A stretch of 63,640 nt of DNA, counting the filler, from Chrysochromulina tobinii (lineage: Eukaryota), in assembly GCA_001275005.1 (NCBI GenBank). It is 6 parts of 6 records of this genome, joined end to end, with 100 filler letters (N's around TTAATTAATTAA, not from the genome) between each part and the next. Parts side by side here need not be neighbours in the genome. Positions count along the whole stretch, not along the records: positions 1 to 25,681 come from JWZX01000468.1; 5 more parts are not named here. One strand, given 5' to 3'. A model generated the notes under the pieces. That model saw nothing but the letters and a program-made list of their open reading frames with translations, was not told the DNA's origin and ran no database searches. Shown in pieces: positions 1 through 10,037 of the stretch (its first letter is position 1; every line of letters starts with the position of its first letter). Both the position numbers and the translations under genes were made by a program.

Positions 1-125
1 CCACAGCCGCCACCGCCACCGCCACCGCCACCGCCACCGCCACCGCCACCGCCGCCGCCGCCGCCGGCACTGCCGCCGCCGCCGCCGGCACCACCGCAGC
101 CGCCGGCACCGCCGCCGCCGCCGGA
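1..125 (+). repeat. (GCCACC)n/(GCC)n coding microsatellite (Ala/Thr tract)
   Basis: Directly visible. Confidence 0.9.
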
Positions 126-2222
126 GCCCCTTCGCTTCCATCGGCCGCCGCGACAGCAGCGCTCTTGCAAGCCATCGCATCCGCAGACGAGACAACCTTG
201 CAGGTTGCCATCGATGGAGCCTCGAGCAGCCACAGCTCGAGCAGCGTCGCCCAAGGTGACGGGGGCCCTGGAGCTCATCGGTGGTGGACGTCCGAGCTGC
301 ACGCAGCGCATGCGATGCTCGGCATGCTCCGCAAGGCCCAGGACGACCGGCGCCGGCTCGCCATCTATCAAAAGGAGCGCACCGCGGCGCTCGCGGCGCA
401 CCTGGTGCAGTCCACCGGGTGCCTCCCACGCACCATGCCGCTCGGCGCCGATAGGCTTGGACGGCGCTACTGGCATTTTGCCAACATGGATGACGGTCGC
501 GTGTGGGTGGAGCAGCGGCCGCGCGGGCACCCCCTCCTCGTCTCTGCGGGCGCGGGCGCTCAAGACGATTGGACTTGGGGCTTTTATTACGAGGTGTCGC
601 AGGTGCAAGCCCTTCTCGACCATCTCGACGCATCCGGTGCGGATGCGAAGCTGCGAGAGGCGCTTCGAGAGAGGCTGCCCTCCTTTCGCGCGCTGTGGGC
701 CGAAGAGGGCCACCCCGGTGGCGAGAGCGGCGACGAGGGCCAAGGGGCAAGGGGCAGCGAAATCGAGCCCTGGCTGAGCGCCGGGCACGAGATGATCGGG
801 CAGCGCGTGCTCCGGAGCTTTCCCCGCGTTGGCTCTGTTCTTGGCCGCGTGCACGCGGTGCTGCCTTTGGGCGCCGCGGACAATGATTCCGTCCTTTTCA
901 AGGTGGTGCATGCGGACGGCGACTCTGAGGAGCTCGATGCGGACGAGTTGAAGGAGGCGATCGAGGCATACGCAAGCGGCGGCAGCAAGGGCAGGGCACT
1001 GCAGCAGCCGCCGTACGCCAACGAGCAGAGTGCTGGGGGCGTCCAGAACCGGGGCATCACCGTGGGCGCGCTCGGGCTGCCTGGGTTGCGTGCAGAGCTC
1101 ATATCGGTCGAGAGTGAGCTGGGTCCGAACTTACGTCTGGCAGATGCCTCGTGGGCAGCCGTTACCATTGGAGGTGCTCCGAGCGGCGGCAAGGGTGGCA
1201 GCAAGGGCGGGGCCGCCAAGAGCGCTGAGGCCAAGAGCGCTGACGCTACGGTTGAGGACTCCAAGGGCGGCGGCGGTAAGGGCGGCGGCGGCATGGGCTT
1301 ACGTGCACGTTGGCTCAAGGCAGTCAAGGACGCCAAGTCGCCGCAAGAGCTTGCACCGCTGCTGCTCCAACTGGAGGCGATTGTGTACTCCCTGCAGCTG
1401 GCGCCCGACCTGCAAGAGCAGCGACTCTATCGCACGGAGGATGACAAGATTGGCATGCCCGCGCGCCGATTCTTACCCACAGCCACCGAGGGTGACTCCG
1501 TGAGCTTTCGCGCCTATGACGGGAAGATCACGGGCTGGTTACCTGCCGAGGGTGAAGACTGCGCGCTGTGGCATTTTGAAATGGAAGATGGCGACGATGA
1601 GGAGCTCGACCTTCAAGAGGTGGAGGAGGCGATCGAGGCCTTTGCCTCTGGGCGCAACGCGCCCAGCACAGCGCCAAACACAGCGCCAAACACAGCACAC
1701 AGCACAGCGCCGAGCACAGCGCCGAGCACAGCGCCCAGCGCGGCCACCGCCGTCAGCGCACGACTCGGCCCTTCAATCACGACCTTGCCTCAGATTGGCC
1801 CTTCAATCACGACCTTGCCTCAGATTGGCCCTTCAATCACGACCTTGCCTCAGACCTTCCCTGCTACTCTGGCAGCTCGCACGGCCGATAACGCCGAGCC
1901 AGGCGCGATCGGCGAGACACCGGCTGCGCAGCATGCCGCGGTACGAGTTGGCTCTGCCTCAGAGAACCGGAGGCTGTGGAGCACAGGCGATGCACGCGAT
2001 CGTTGGCACAAGGCCGTGCACAACGCCCGCAACAGCGCATCGCTCTCGGTGGCCATCCACGCGCTGCGTGTGCACAATGCGGCCTTCAGCAGGATGCTGG
2101 CGCCTGGCGCGACGCGTGACAAGAACATTGCCGAACTGCGCTTCGAAGTCGACTCGTACTACCACCCGCAGGCTTTCGAATATGTGCGCAAGAGCAAGCG
2201 GAAACGCGCACGCACGAAGTGA
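3..2222 (+). CDS. 5'-partial chromatin protein with WHIM2/WHIM3 (WSD)-like motifs and two Tudor-like domains
   Basis: The frame is open from the window start. PLGADRLGRRYWHF and WGFYYEVSQVQALLDHLD match the WSD/WHIM motifs of DDT-domain proteins. Two units end in VVHADGDSEELD / FEMEDGDDEELD (Tudor-like). Confidence 0.7.
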   Translation, partial: TAATATATATATATATAAAAAGTAAAAAGTTAAAGTAAAAGAPSLPSAAATAALLQAIASADETTLQVAIDGASSSHSSSSVAQGDGGPGAHRWWTSELHAAHAMLGMLRKAQDDRRRLAIYQKERTAALAAHLVQSTGCLPRTMPLGADRLGRRYWHFANMDDGRVWVEQRPRGHPLLVSAGAGAQDDWTWGFYYEVSQVQALLDHLDASGADAKLREALRERLPSFRALWAEEGHPGGESGDEGQGARGSEIEPWLSAGHEMIGQRVLRSFPRVGSVLGRVHAVLPLGAADNDSVLFKVVHADGDSEELDADELKEAIEAYASGGSKGRALQQPPYANEQSAGGVQNRGITVGALGLPGLRAELISVESELGPNLRLADASWAAVTIGGAPSGGKGGSKGGAAKSAEAKSADATVEDSKGGGGKGGGGMGLRARWLKAVKDAKSPQELAPLLLQLEAIVYSLQLAPDLQEQRLYRTEDDKIGMPARRFLPTATEGDSVSFRAYDGKITGWLPAEGEDCALWHFEMEDGDDEELDLQEVEEAIEAFASGRNAPSTAPNTAPNTAHSTAPSTAPSTAPSAATAVSARLGPSITTLPQIGPSITTLPQIGPSITTLPQTFPATLAARTADNAEPGAIGETPAAQHAAVRVGSASENRRLWSTGDARDRWHKAVHNARNSASLSVAIHALRVHNAAFSRMLAPGATRDKNIAELRFEVDSYYHPQAFEYVRKSKRKRARTK
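1767..1854 (+). repeat. 30-bp tandem repeat x3 (GPSITTLPQ[I/T])
   Basis: ggcccttcaatcacgaccttgcctcaga at 1767, 1797 and 1827. Confidence 0.95.
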
Positions 2223-2590
2223 GACTCGCACTGACATCAGTCATGAGATGCGCAAACGTTGCTCCAAGCTTCCAGTGTTCCTTTAAATTGGGAAGGATGC
2301 GCTCGATGCACGAGCGCCGCGCGACAGCCCTACGGCGAGGGAGCGGGTCGCAAGTGGAGTGTCCCCACTTCTATACATTCGCGCGGGCAGGCAGAATAAC
2401 GGTCATTCGGATCGAACTCCGCATGTCTCGGTTACTCAACCTGATAACCCCGCACCCTGTGTTTGTGTATCCATGCCAAGCCGGCTGCGCACTCTACGGT
2501 CACTGTCTCCACGTCTGCGAACTCTACGCTCACCGTGTAGCTCAATGAACTGCAATTCCAGTTTCAACACGCGACCAGGTTTTAAACCAC

Positions 2591-5065
2591 ATGCCAAGTT
2601 CACACTCCTCCTTCACACCTTGTCGTCCCTCTCAGGAGGCTGTTCCAACACTCTCGGGCTCAAGGGGAGCGCCCTCTCCCTCTCGTGGTCTGGAAGACAT
2701 GCACCGACCCGTGAGCGCTCCACTGTTGGCCTACGGGCTACCACTGGGCTCCAGACCACGGACTCCGCAAACGAGGCCTCGCACTCCGCATGCCTTGCCA
2801 GTGCGCAACCTCATGCTCATGTCGATACATCCTGCCGCCTCGGGTCCAAAGAGAACGCACACCCTGCACGCAGCAGGAGAGAAGCGCGCGGCGCGCTTTC
2901 GGGCTCCGAGCGAGCAGTGGGTGCGGCCCGCCTCACCGCATAGCTACGAAGAATCGACCTCCCCTAGCTACGACGATGCCGAGCATCGCCACCCGACCTC
3001 GAGTGCGGCATCCTCCGTCCTGATTGCACCGTTGGAGGTTCTGCTCGATCCGTTCGAGGATCCGCTCGTGTTCCGCCGCTGGCCAGTGCCCGTTGGAACC
3101 AACGGTGGAACGAGCGTGTTCCCCCTGCCGACGACGGCCGGCATCATCAAGCGGCAGCATGCGCACCTTGACGCAAGGCTCGCATACTACAAGAAAACCG
3201 ACGAAGAGAGTAATGGCTGGCAGACGATTCCGCAACCGCAGTCACCGTCGAAGATCTGGCCGAAGGTGCCCCCCTTCCCTCCGCCGCCGCGTCGTTCAGC
3301 GCTGCCGTTGGTCGAGGGCGAACAGGAGCCACAGAGCATCCCACTCAAATCCACCAACCGGCCGACCTCGGGCTGCGAAAGCTCGCGCCCGAGCAGCAGC
3401 GGCCGCCGTTCGTTACTGGAGCGCACTCTAGCCTCCGATCCGGTCGCGGCGGAGACGACGCCAGCAGATGATGTGGCGACGCCGGCGATGGAATCGCTCC
3501 GGCAGGCGCTTGTGGCGCAGCTTCAGCGCGTCATGGACCTCTTTCGCAAGCTCGACGCCAACGGCGACGGCAAGGTGAGCGTCCAGGAGTTCCAGGCTCC
3601 TCCTCGCCCAGCATGCAAGGGCTCACCACGGCGTCTGGTCCCTTCCCCACAGGTGAGCGCTCAGGAGTTTCAGGCTGTCCTCGGCCTCATCGCGCCACGC
3701 ACCACAGCCGAGCAGCCGGTGCCGGCCGCACCGGCTGCACCGGCCGCACCGGACGATGGTGCGCAGCAGGGCACGGTGGCGGCTTTGGGAGGTGACGAGG
3801 GCGTGGCGTCGGAAGGCGGGGAGGGCGCGCCGGCGGCGTTTGGTGCGGCGGATGTGGAAGCACTCTTCCACTTGCTTGATAGGGACAGCTCCGGCACGAT
3901 CGACTACCGCGAGCTGCATACGATGCTGCGGCAAGGCCTGCGCGTGAGCCTCGATGCCAAGCTCCGCGTGGGAGCTGCGGGCGAGATCGCGCTGGAGGCC
4001 AAGAATCGTATAGCGCTACGATCGGAGCCGACGCAGCCGAAGTCGCCCGAGGCACCGAAGTCGGCGCCTTTGCCGTACGGCCCCGGCTTTTCGCCCGCAC
4101 GACCACCGTCGGCGTCGATCACTCTCGAATCGGGGGTGACCTCGCCCGCGATTGTGGTGGACCTCGCCCCATCGGCCGCGCTAGACCTCGCCCCCTCCAC
4201 AGCGTCGCGCCCTTCCACAGCGTCATGGCTTCCCACAGCGTCGCGCCCTTCCACAGCGTCACGGCCTCCCCAACCCGGTGGCCCACCTTATAGCCAGCTG
4301 CCCAGTCGTCCGCCTTCGGGCGGCTTCTTGAGCGCACCGCGCACGTCCGCCTCGTTAGCGAGCTCGCGAAGGTACGATCCGAATGCGCAGCGACCGTCCC
4401 TACCGCGCCCAGCCTCCTTCCACATGCCCGGTCCGCGGGCGGGCTCGCCGCCACGCTCGACACAGCGCTCTCCGCCACGCGTGGTGGTCTCCCCGACACG
4501 CTCGGCCGAGTACGCCACCTCACCCGCGCGTGGGCTACCACTGAGCTCTGGAGGCTCGGGATGGCGACACTCGCCCCGGGGTTCAGAGCCGGACCTATCC
4601 GTCCAGATCGACCGGTTGACATTCATCCAGGCTACCCGCCCGCAGCCCATCCCGCCCACCGAGCACAAGGCGTGGTTCAATCACACGATCACCTGGAGCG
4701 CCTCGCGCGACGTCATGTCCGCTGAGCGGGGGGGAGCACACGGCGCTGGCACCGGCCTCTTCGCGGACGTCTCACTGGATGACCTCGGAGTCGTTCCCCT
4801 TCGACGTGACGCTCGCGAGGCGCAGCGCACGAAGCTGCTCAACATGACGGCCGTCAACACGCCCGGGCCAGCGCTCATCGCGGCCAGCGCGGCCATGCTG
4901 AGCGGCCGTGACGGCGCCGGCGGCGCAGAGGCATCCCCAGGCAGCAGCCGACGCGGCACGCGTCGCGTGGTCGCAACGAGATCGCGCGAGATCGGACGGT
5001 TTCAGAATCGCGTCAAGGTGCCCAGCGACTACGTGCCACTCGCAGGATCAGAGCCGATACTGTAG
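2591..5065 (+). CDS. Pro/Ser-rich EF-hand protein; probable intron 3575-3652
   Basis: EF loops DANGDGKVS..EF and DRDSSGTIDYREL. A 78-nt GTGAGC...CCCACAG segment interrupts the first EF hand. Confidence 0.75.
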   Translation: MPSSHSSFTPCRPSQEAVPTLSGSRGAPSPSRGLEDMHRPVSAPLLAYGLPLGSRPRTPQTRPRTPHALPVRNLMLMSIHPAASGPKRTHTLHAAGEKRAARFRAPSEQWVRPASPHSYEESTSPSYDDAEHRHPTSSAASSVLIAPLEVLLDPFEDPLVFRRWPVPVGTNGGTSVFPLPTTAGIIKRQHAHLDARLAYYKKTDEESNGWQTIPQPQSPSKIWPKVPPFPPPPRRSALPLVEGEQEPQSIPLKSTNRPTSGCESSRPSSSGRRSLLERTLASDPVAAETTPADDVATPAMESLRQALVAQLQRVMDLFRKLDANGDGKVSVQEFQAPPRPACKGSPRRLVPSPQVSAQEFQAVLGLIAPRTTAEQPVPAAPAAPAAPDDGAQQGTVAALGGDEGVASEGGEGAPAAFGAADVEALFHLLDRDSSGTIDYRELHTMLRQGLRVSLDAKLRVGAAGEIALEAKNRIALRSEPTQPKSPEAPKSAPLPYGPGFSPARPPSASITLESGVTSPAIVVDLAPSAALDLAPSTASRPSTASWLPTASRPSTASRPPQPGGPPYSQLPSRPPSGGFLSAPRTSASLASSRRYDPNAQRPSLPRPASFHMPGPRAGSPPRSTQRSPPRVVVSPTRSAEYATSPARGLPLSSGGSGWRHSPRGSEPDLSVQIDRLTFIQATRPQPIPPTEHKAWFNHTITWSASRDVMSAERGGAHGAGTGLFADVSLDDLGVVPLRRDAREAQRTKLLNMTAVNTPGPALIAASAAMLSGRDGAGGAEASPGSSRRGTRRVVATRSREIGRFQNRVKVPSDYVPLAGSEPIL

Positions 5066-5293
5066 TTTGACCGCAGAAAGTTACGCGACCGTTTTGAGCA
5101 ACTTTCGAGCCCGGCGTTCACGCCCCTTCGTAAGAATTCGAATTCATAGGAATTCATCGCGAGCGCCATGTGCTCCGACGACCGGCGACGACTATTTTTC
5201 TCCAGCCTCCCGTCCTGACCGAACGCTGACCGAACTGACCGAACGCCGTTTCCGCGGCCTTCACCATAAAGAAGGAATTCCTAACGATCGTCC

Positions 5294-5830
5294 ATGATGA
5301 GTCTCATCCGCCCGCTCGCACTCGCCGTCTTCACCCGTGCCGCCGCATCTACACCGTTGCCGTATCCGCGTGGTGCTGTCTCGTGTGTGCTGCGCCTGGC
5401 GACTGAACCACCACGTTACTTGCTTGTGCGACGAGGCAGACCACCAAACAAGGGAGCATGGTCGCTTCCAGGCGGGAAGCTCGAGCTCGGCGAATCGGCC
5501 ATCGCCGGCGCCGTGCGGGAGATTTCCGAGGAGACGAGCCTTCCGCCAGCTGCACTGAAAGTACACCCACGACCGATAACTGCAACGGATGCGATCGTGC
5601 CGAATGACGCGGGTGGTTTCCTCTACCACTATTGCATCGTGCAATGCTTCGCTTGGGTGGACGCAGAGTACGAGGACCGCGTGATGCCGGGCGACGATGC
5701 CGCCGCCGTGCGTTGGCACACCATGGAGGAGCTACGAGACCTCCCGGGAGAGATGGGAGCTAATGTTTGCGCGGTCGTCGAGATCTCCGAGGGCATGTGC
5801 GCCGCCGGCTTGATCGCGCCGCCGATGTGA
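5294..5830 (+). CDS. Nudix hydrolase
   Basis: Nudix box WSLPGGKLELGESAIAGAVREISEETSL. Confidence 0.92.
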   Translation: MMSLIRPLALAVFTRAAASTPLPYPRGAVSCVLRLATEPPRYLLVRRGRPPNKGAWSLPGGKLELGESAIAGAVREISEETSLPPAALKVHPRPITATDAIVPNDAGGFLYHYCIVQCFAWVDAEYEDRVMPGDDAAAVRWHTMEELRDLPGEMGANVCAVVEISEGMCAAGLIAPPM

Positions 5831-6062
5831 GTGATCTGGATCGGGGAGGAAGACTTCGGCACGAGACTAGGACTGTGTACGTAGTACGATGGATGTCTCT
5901 AGCGTGCGCTAGGTCCATGGGTCCGGTCTCCTAGGCAACCCTTTACGATATAGATTATACCTACAGTGCCGGTAGGAAACCACATGTACGTGCGCGCGCA
6001 CAGACGCCGGAGGTCATCGCACCCCTGCGAGGTGGCAGGTGCGAGCGTCCCGCCACACATGC

Positions 6063-7484
6063 TCACATCCTCGGCAGGCAGTCGAAGGTGACAGAATGCG
6101 CCATGGGGACGCCCGCCAGATGCTTCCCGCTCGGGACGCGAGGAAGTGTGCCTGTGGCAGGCTCCGCCCGGTCGATCGTGCTGGTCGAATGCACGGCATG
6201 ATCGTCGACTGAACCGCCGTGTGTGCCACCACGCTGCAGTAAGCGCGAGGGCAGCGGTGCCGTGTTGATGCGTACGAGTTCCTCAACAGTGCGAGCACTT
6301 AACGCGGCATAGTCGCCTTCTCCGTAGACGGTGAAGGAGCCAATGAGCTCGGGACCGCCGACCGTTTCGGGGTAGAGCTGTGCGGACCTCTCCGGCCGCA
6401 CGAGTGGCTTCGGGAAGACGTAGACGAAGCGCGGTGTGAAGAGTAGGTTATGAGGTTGATTGTCGGCCTGCATGGCGCGTATGGCCGCGTCGACGTGCAC
6501 GAGGGCAGAGCCCGTCGGGTACACATAGCAGAAGCCGGGAAAGCCCTGAGGGCTCAGAGTGCGACACCCAGGCAGCGGCGTGCCGTCGGGCTTCGCCATC
6601 ATGCCAACGGTCGGCCCCGAGACCAACGGAAACGCCGTGACGGGAGGGTGTTCGTCGATGAGGTGGCAGTGAAAGTGGTTGACCGACGCCGAGGCGCACC
6701 ACGAGTTGAAGTAGGCGCAGAAGGACGTTGCTTGAAGCAGCGACGTCAGCGACTTGAGGTGCGACATTGTCATCTGCTGGGCGACGAGTTCGCGGCAGAC
6801 CAAGAGCATGTGGCGCGGAAAGAGCGGGAACTTGTTCGAGAGGACGTCGTACTGGCCGTCAGGGAACTGGAGGCGAAGCACGCGTTCGCGCTCGTTTCGG
6901 ATCTTGGAGAAATTGAAGCCCTTCGCGTCAAACGGCGTGCACACGCGCAGCTGTGCCTCTGGCTTTTTGGGCTTCGTGTTTCGGCGTGCGTCCAACCTCT
7001 TTCGGAAGAAACCGACCTCCTCCTTCACCTCCTCATCGTCGCACGCATCGTACATGACCAGGCGGTCCTCGGGGACGGTGACGGCTTCGCTCTCTTCCAG
7101 CAGCTGACGGAACGAGTCGCGGAGGAGCGCATCGTTCGCCGCGACCGGCCTGAGTGACCAGTGGGAGAGATCGTTGTCATTGAGAACACGAGAGCCCAGC
7201 GAGCAAAGATCTTGGGAGGACCAGCTGTTCCGAGCCATCTTGACCCGAGGCACGTTGCATAGGTCGACAGACGAGTAGCAGTTCCGCCGAAGCCCGCCTG
7301 GGGTGGAGGCAATTTCACAAGGCAAAGAGAGGCCTTGGTCCTTGTTGGTGGCCACAGGTTGCACCTTTGATAGGATGTCGTCTTCGCTGGGTGATATGGG
7401 ACATGAGCCGGAAGCGTTCGAGGCAGCGTCGATCTTGCGCTTGAGCTGCGCGTCTAGATCGATGTCGTCTCGTTTGATATCCAT
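6063..7484 (-). CDS. GDP-D-glucose phosphorylase / VTC2-like HIT-superfamily nucleotidyltransferase
   Basis: NKFPLFPRHMLLV and FNSWCASASVNHFHCH (HxHxH). First ATG is at 7484; the frame stays open to 7649. Confidence 0.75.
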   Translation of the reverse strand: MDIKRDDIDLDAQLKRKIDAASNASGSCPISPSEDDILSKVQPVATNKDQGLSLPCEIASTPGGLRRNCYSSVDLCNVPRVKMARNSWSSQDLCSLGSRVLNDNDLSHWSLRPVAANDALLRDSFRQLLEESEAVTVPEDRLVMYDACDDEEVKEEVGFFRKRLDARRNTKPKKPEAQLRVCTPFDAKGFNFSKIRNERERVLRLQFPDGQYDVLSNKFPLFPRHMLLVCRELVAQQMTMSHLKSLTSLLQATSFCAYFNSWCASASVNHFHCHLIDEHPPVTAFPLVSGPTVGMMAKPDGTPLPGCRTLSPQGFPGFCYVYPTGSALVHVDAAIRAMQADNQPHNLLFTPRFVYVFPKPLVRPERSAQLYPETVGGPELIGSFTVYGEGDYAALSARTVEELVRINTAPLPSRLLQRGGTHGGSVDDHAVHSTSTIDRAEPATGTLPRVPSGKHLAGVPMAHSVTFDCLPRM

Positions 7485-7846
7485 AGCTTGCCCAGCACCT
7501 TCCGCACGCTCAAGCTCACAGATGTCAGCAGAGATCCACTGCTCGCCTTCGAGACACTTCCAGAGCTGGAAATGCCGCGGGGATTTTCGCTTCCACACTG
7601 GCGATTTCAGATCCGTCCAAAAAACAGTCAAAAAACAGTCTCTAAACACCTAACACTTTTTGACCGACGCATCCAAATTTACATAGCGGGATAATTTTTC
7701 CGCGAGATTCCTATGCGTGCTCTGTGAAGGCTATCAATCGGACTTAAGTGTGCGCTGCGCTCACCGGGCTGCCGTGTGATGAACCGCAATCACCAACCGA
7801 CGCGACCATTTATTCAATTTCAAAACAAACTCCTCACGAAGCCGTG

Positions 7847-8551
7847 ATGCAGCAGGCGTCGGTAGCGGAGCTCGAGGCGTCTGGCGCCGATCCGTTCGAC
7901 GCGCTGCTCAAGCTCGAGGATCACTTCCTCGCGTCGGGTTTTGCCGCAGGTGCGCAAGCGTCACAGTTCGCAGCACGATGTTGCGGCTGCTTACGGCGAT
8001 CTTTCCACGCGTGCGCAGGCCAGCTGCATGGTCGTGAAAAGGGTCAAGAGGCAGGCTGGGAGCTCGGATACCAGAAAGGCCACGAGCTCGGCCTTGAGCT
8101 TGGACAGTACCGAGGACGCGTCGACACGCTACTTGCCATTTCAGCTGCGCATACAGGCTTTGCATCCGCACGGTGCGCCAGTGTGCCGAATCATGGAAGC
8201 CGAGGCTTTACACGATTGGCTAGGCGGCGCCATGGGTCTCATGGTGCCCCTCGAGTCGCGGTGTCTCGCAGGATCCTAGCCACGCTCACACGGTTGCACA
8301 CGCTTCTTGCCACAATCAAGCTCGACGATCCACTCGATCAACGTTGTTTCGATGCGCTCGACGACGTGCGGGCAAGGATGCGGATGGTGGACGTGTGGCT
8401 CAAAGGGCGATCGAAGGCCGGCTCGGACGCCGACGCCGATGGTGGTGCGGCGTCTGCAGGGGCAGCAGTAGGTGGTGGTGGTGGTGGCTCGGGTGATTTA
8501 ACTGCAGGGCCATCAACACCGTTGGAGTTAACTGTGGATTTGAGCTTCTAG
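7847..8551 (+). CDS. LTO1/ORAOV1-like (Yae1_N, deca-GX3) protein; introns 7950-8018 and 8173-8271
   Basis: DPFDALLKLEDHF..GFAAG followed by a GX3G array (GREKGQEAGWELGYQKGHELGLELGQYRG). Two GTGCGC...CGCAG introns. Confidence 0.75.
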   Translation: MQQASVAELEASGADPFDALLKLEDHFLASGFAAGAQASQFAARCCGCLRRSFHACAGQLHGREKGQEAGWELGYQKGHELGLELGQYRGRVDTLLAISAAHTGFASARCASVPNHGSRGFTRLARRRHGSHGAPRVAVSRRILATLTRLHTLLATIKLDDPLDQRCFDALDDVRARMRMVDVWLKGRSKAGSDADADGGAASAGAAVGGGGGGSGDLTAGPSTPLELTVDLSF

Positions 8552-8871
8552 AGGAACTATTTGCCGTTGGCGCGGCCGTTGGAGTCAGCTGTCGAAATTC
8601 ACATCGTGTTGTTTCGAGTACTGAGCGACTTCATTTCTACACGTAGCCGCGCGCTCACATCATGCCTGTCCACCGTGGACTTACATGTAACCGTTTGTAC
8701 ACGGGTAGAATAGTAGAAGCGCTAGCCGGTAGAACCGGGCATAGAACCAAGAACGCGTAGGCCGAAGCGTCGGAATATTCAATATATGCGCTTAACGGTT
8801 GGCGGCCTGGAACGCAAACGCTCTCAGCGCGCAAGGGGCGGCGCTGTACCGTGTACGTCGCGCGCGTCCCG

Positions 8872-9801
8872 TTACTGCTGACTCTCACTCTGCTGCTGTA
8901 CCGCGTGTACCGGTGTCAATCTTCGACCGCCGACGTTCGAGGGCGGCGGAGGGGATGAATGGCTTAATGAATGGCCATAAGGAGGGTCCATCCTGCCGTA
9001 GAGGCTATTGGCGGGCGGGGTGTGTCGGTTGGCGCCGACTGGATCGCCGTTTCGCAGCATCACGAGCAGCTGATAGCCCTGCAAGCGAAGGGCGAGGTCT
9101 ATCCTTTTCTCCTGCCTCTTGCTCAAGTGCGCTCGCTCGAAGAGAATGAGCGGTGGGGGGGGCCTAGGGAAAGTGGACGCACCTCCTGGTCCCGCAAGGA
9201 TGGCCTCTTCCTGCCCTTCTGCGTCAACGACCAGGATGTCTATCTCGCGCGGACCACTCGCGTTGAGAGCTTGCTGCCAAAGCATCCCAAGCGTGAGCGC
9301 AGGAACACTCTCGTTCCGCCGTGGCGCTCGTCCTTGAGCCCCGATGTGGTTCTTGCTCATGATCACCTTGTTCATCTCGCCGGCCCCGAGACTCATCAGA
9401 GTGACACCAGGAGCGTCGGATATTGCCGCGCGCAGGGGGAGAACTTGAGGCCAGCGGGCGTAGTTCTTGCAGAGCTTCTTGAACACATAAGAGACGGGCT
9501 CGACAACTACGCCTCGCCAACCGCACATGGTGGCATATGACCATATCGGATCGCCGCCGACAGCGCAACCAAACGTGTTCTTCCCGCAGTTAGCGCCAAT
9601 CTGGACAAACGTGACATCCTCGAACCGCCGCCTGGGGATGACTTTCCTGATGTAGTCCTCCCACCGAATGAAAAGTGGAACTTGACGTGCTGGTGGGTCG
9701 CCAAACTGTAGCGGCCATGGCAGACGGCCCGAGGCGTTCAGGCAAGGGAATGCCATGACTGGAAGAGGTCTAGGCCCATCACTGGAAGAGGCGCAATTCA
9801 T
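8872..9801 (-). CDS. FkbM-family (Methyltransf_21) SAM methyltransferase
   Basis: FVQIGAN, GVVVEPV and IDILVVDAEGQE motifs; start codon uncertain. Confidence 0.8.
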   Translation of the reverse strand: MNCASSSDGPRPLPVMAFPCLNASGRLPWPLQFGDPPARQVPLFIRWEDYIRKVIPRRRFEDVTFVQIGANCGKNTFGCAVGGDPIWSYATMCGWRGVVVEPVSYVFKKLCKNYARWPQVLPLRAAISDAPGVTLMSLGAGEMNKVIMSKNHIGAQGRAPRRNESVPALTLGMLWQQALNASGPREIDILVVDAEGQEEAILAGPGGASTFPRPPPPLILFERAHLSKRQEKRIDLALRLQGYQLLVMLRNGDPVGANRHTPPANSLYGRMDPPYGHSLSHSSPPPPSNVGGRRLTPVHAVQQQSESQQ

Positions 9802-10037
9802 GGAGTGTGCAGCCTGGAGCCGCAGCAACCTTCAGGTAAATGTACACCATACGTGAAACAAAACAGTTGAAAGGCTCGGAAAGTTGTGTGTTGCATGCGA
9901 AGTACTGCGTGGTTCGGAAGTCCATCCCTCCATATGGATGTTTTTGGCAAAACCCCTTGTCTCGGTCAACTTCCTAATCGGACGGATCGGCACCACGTCG
10001 CCAAGTGCTCGGGCGGCAAAAGTTGGACCACGCGGTA

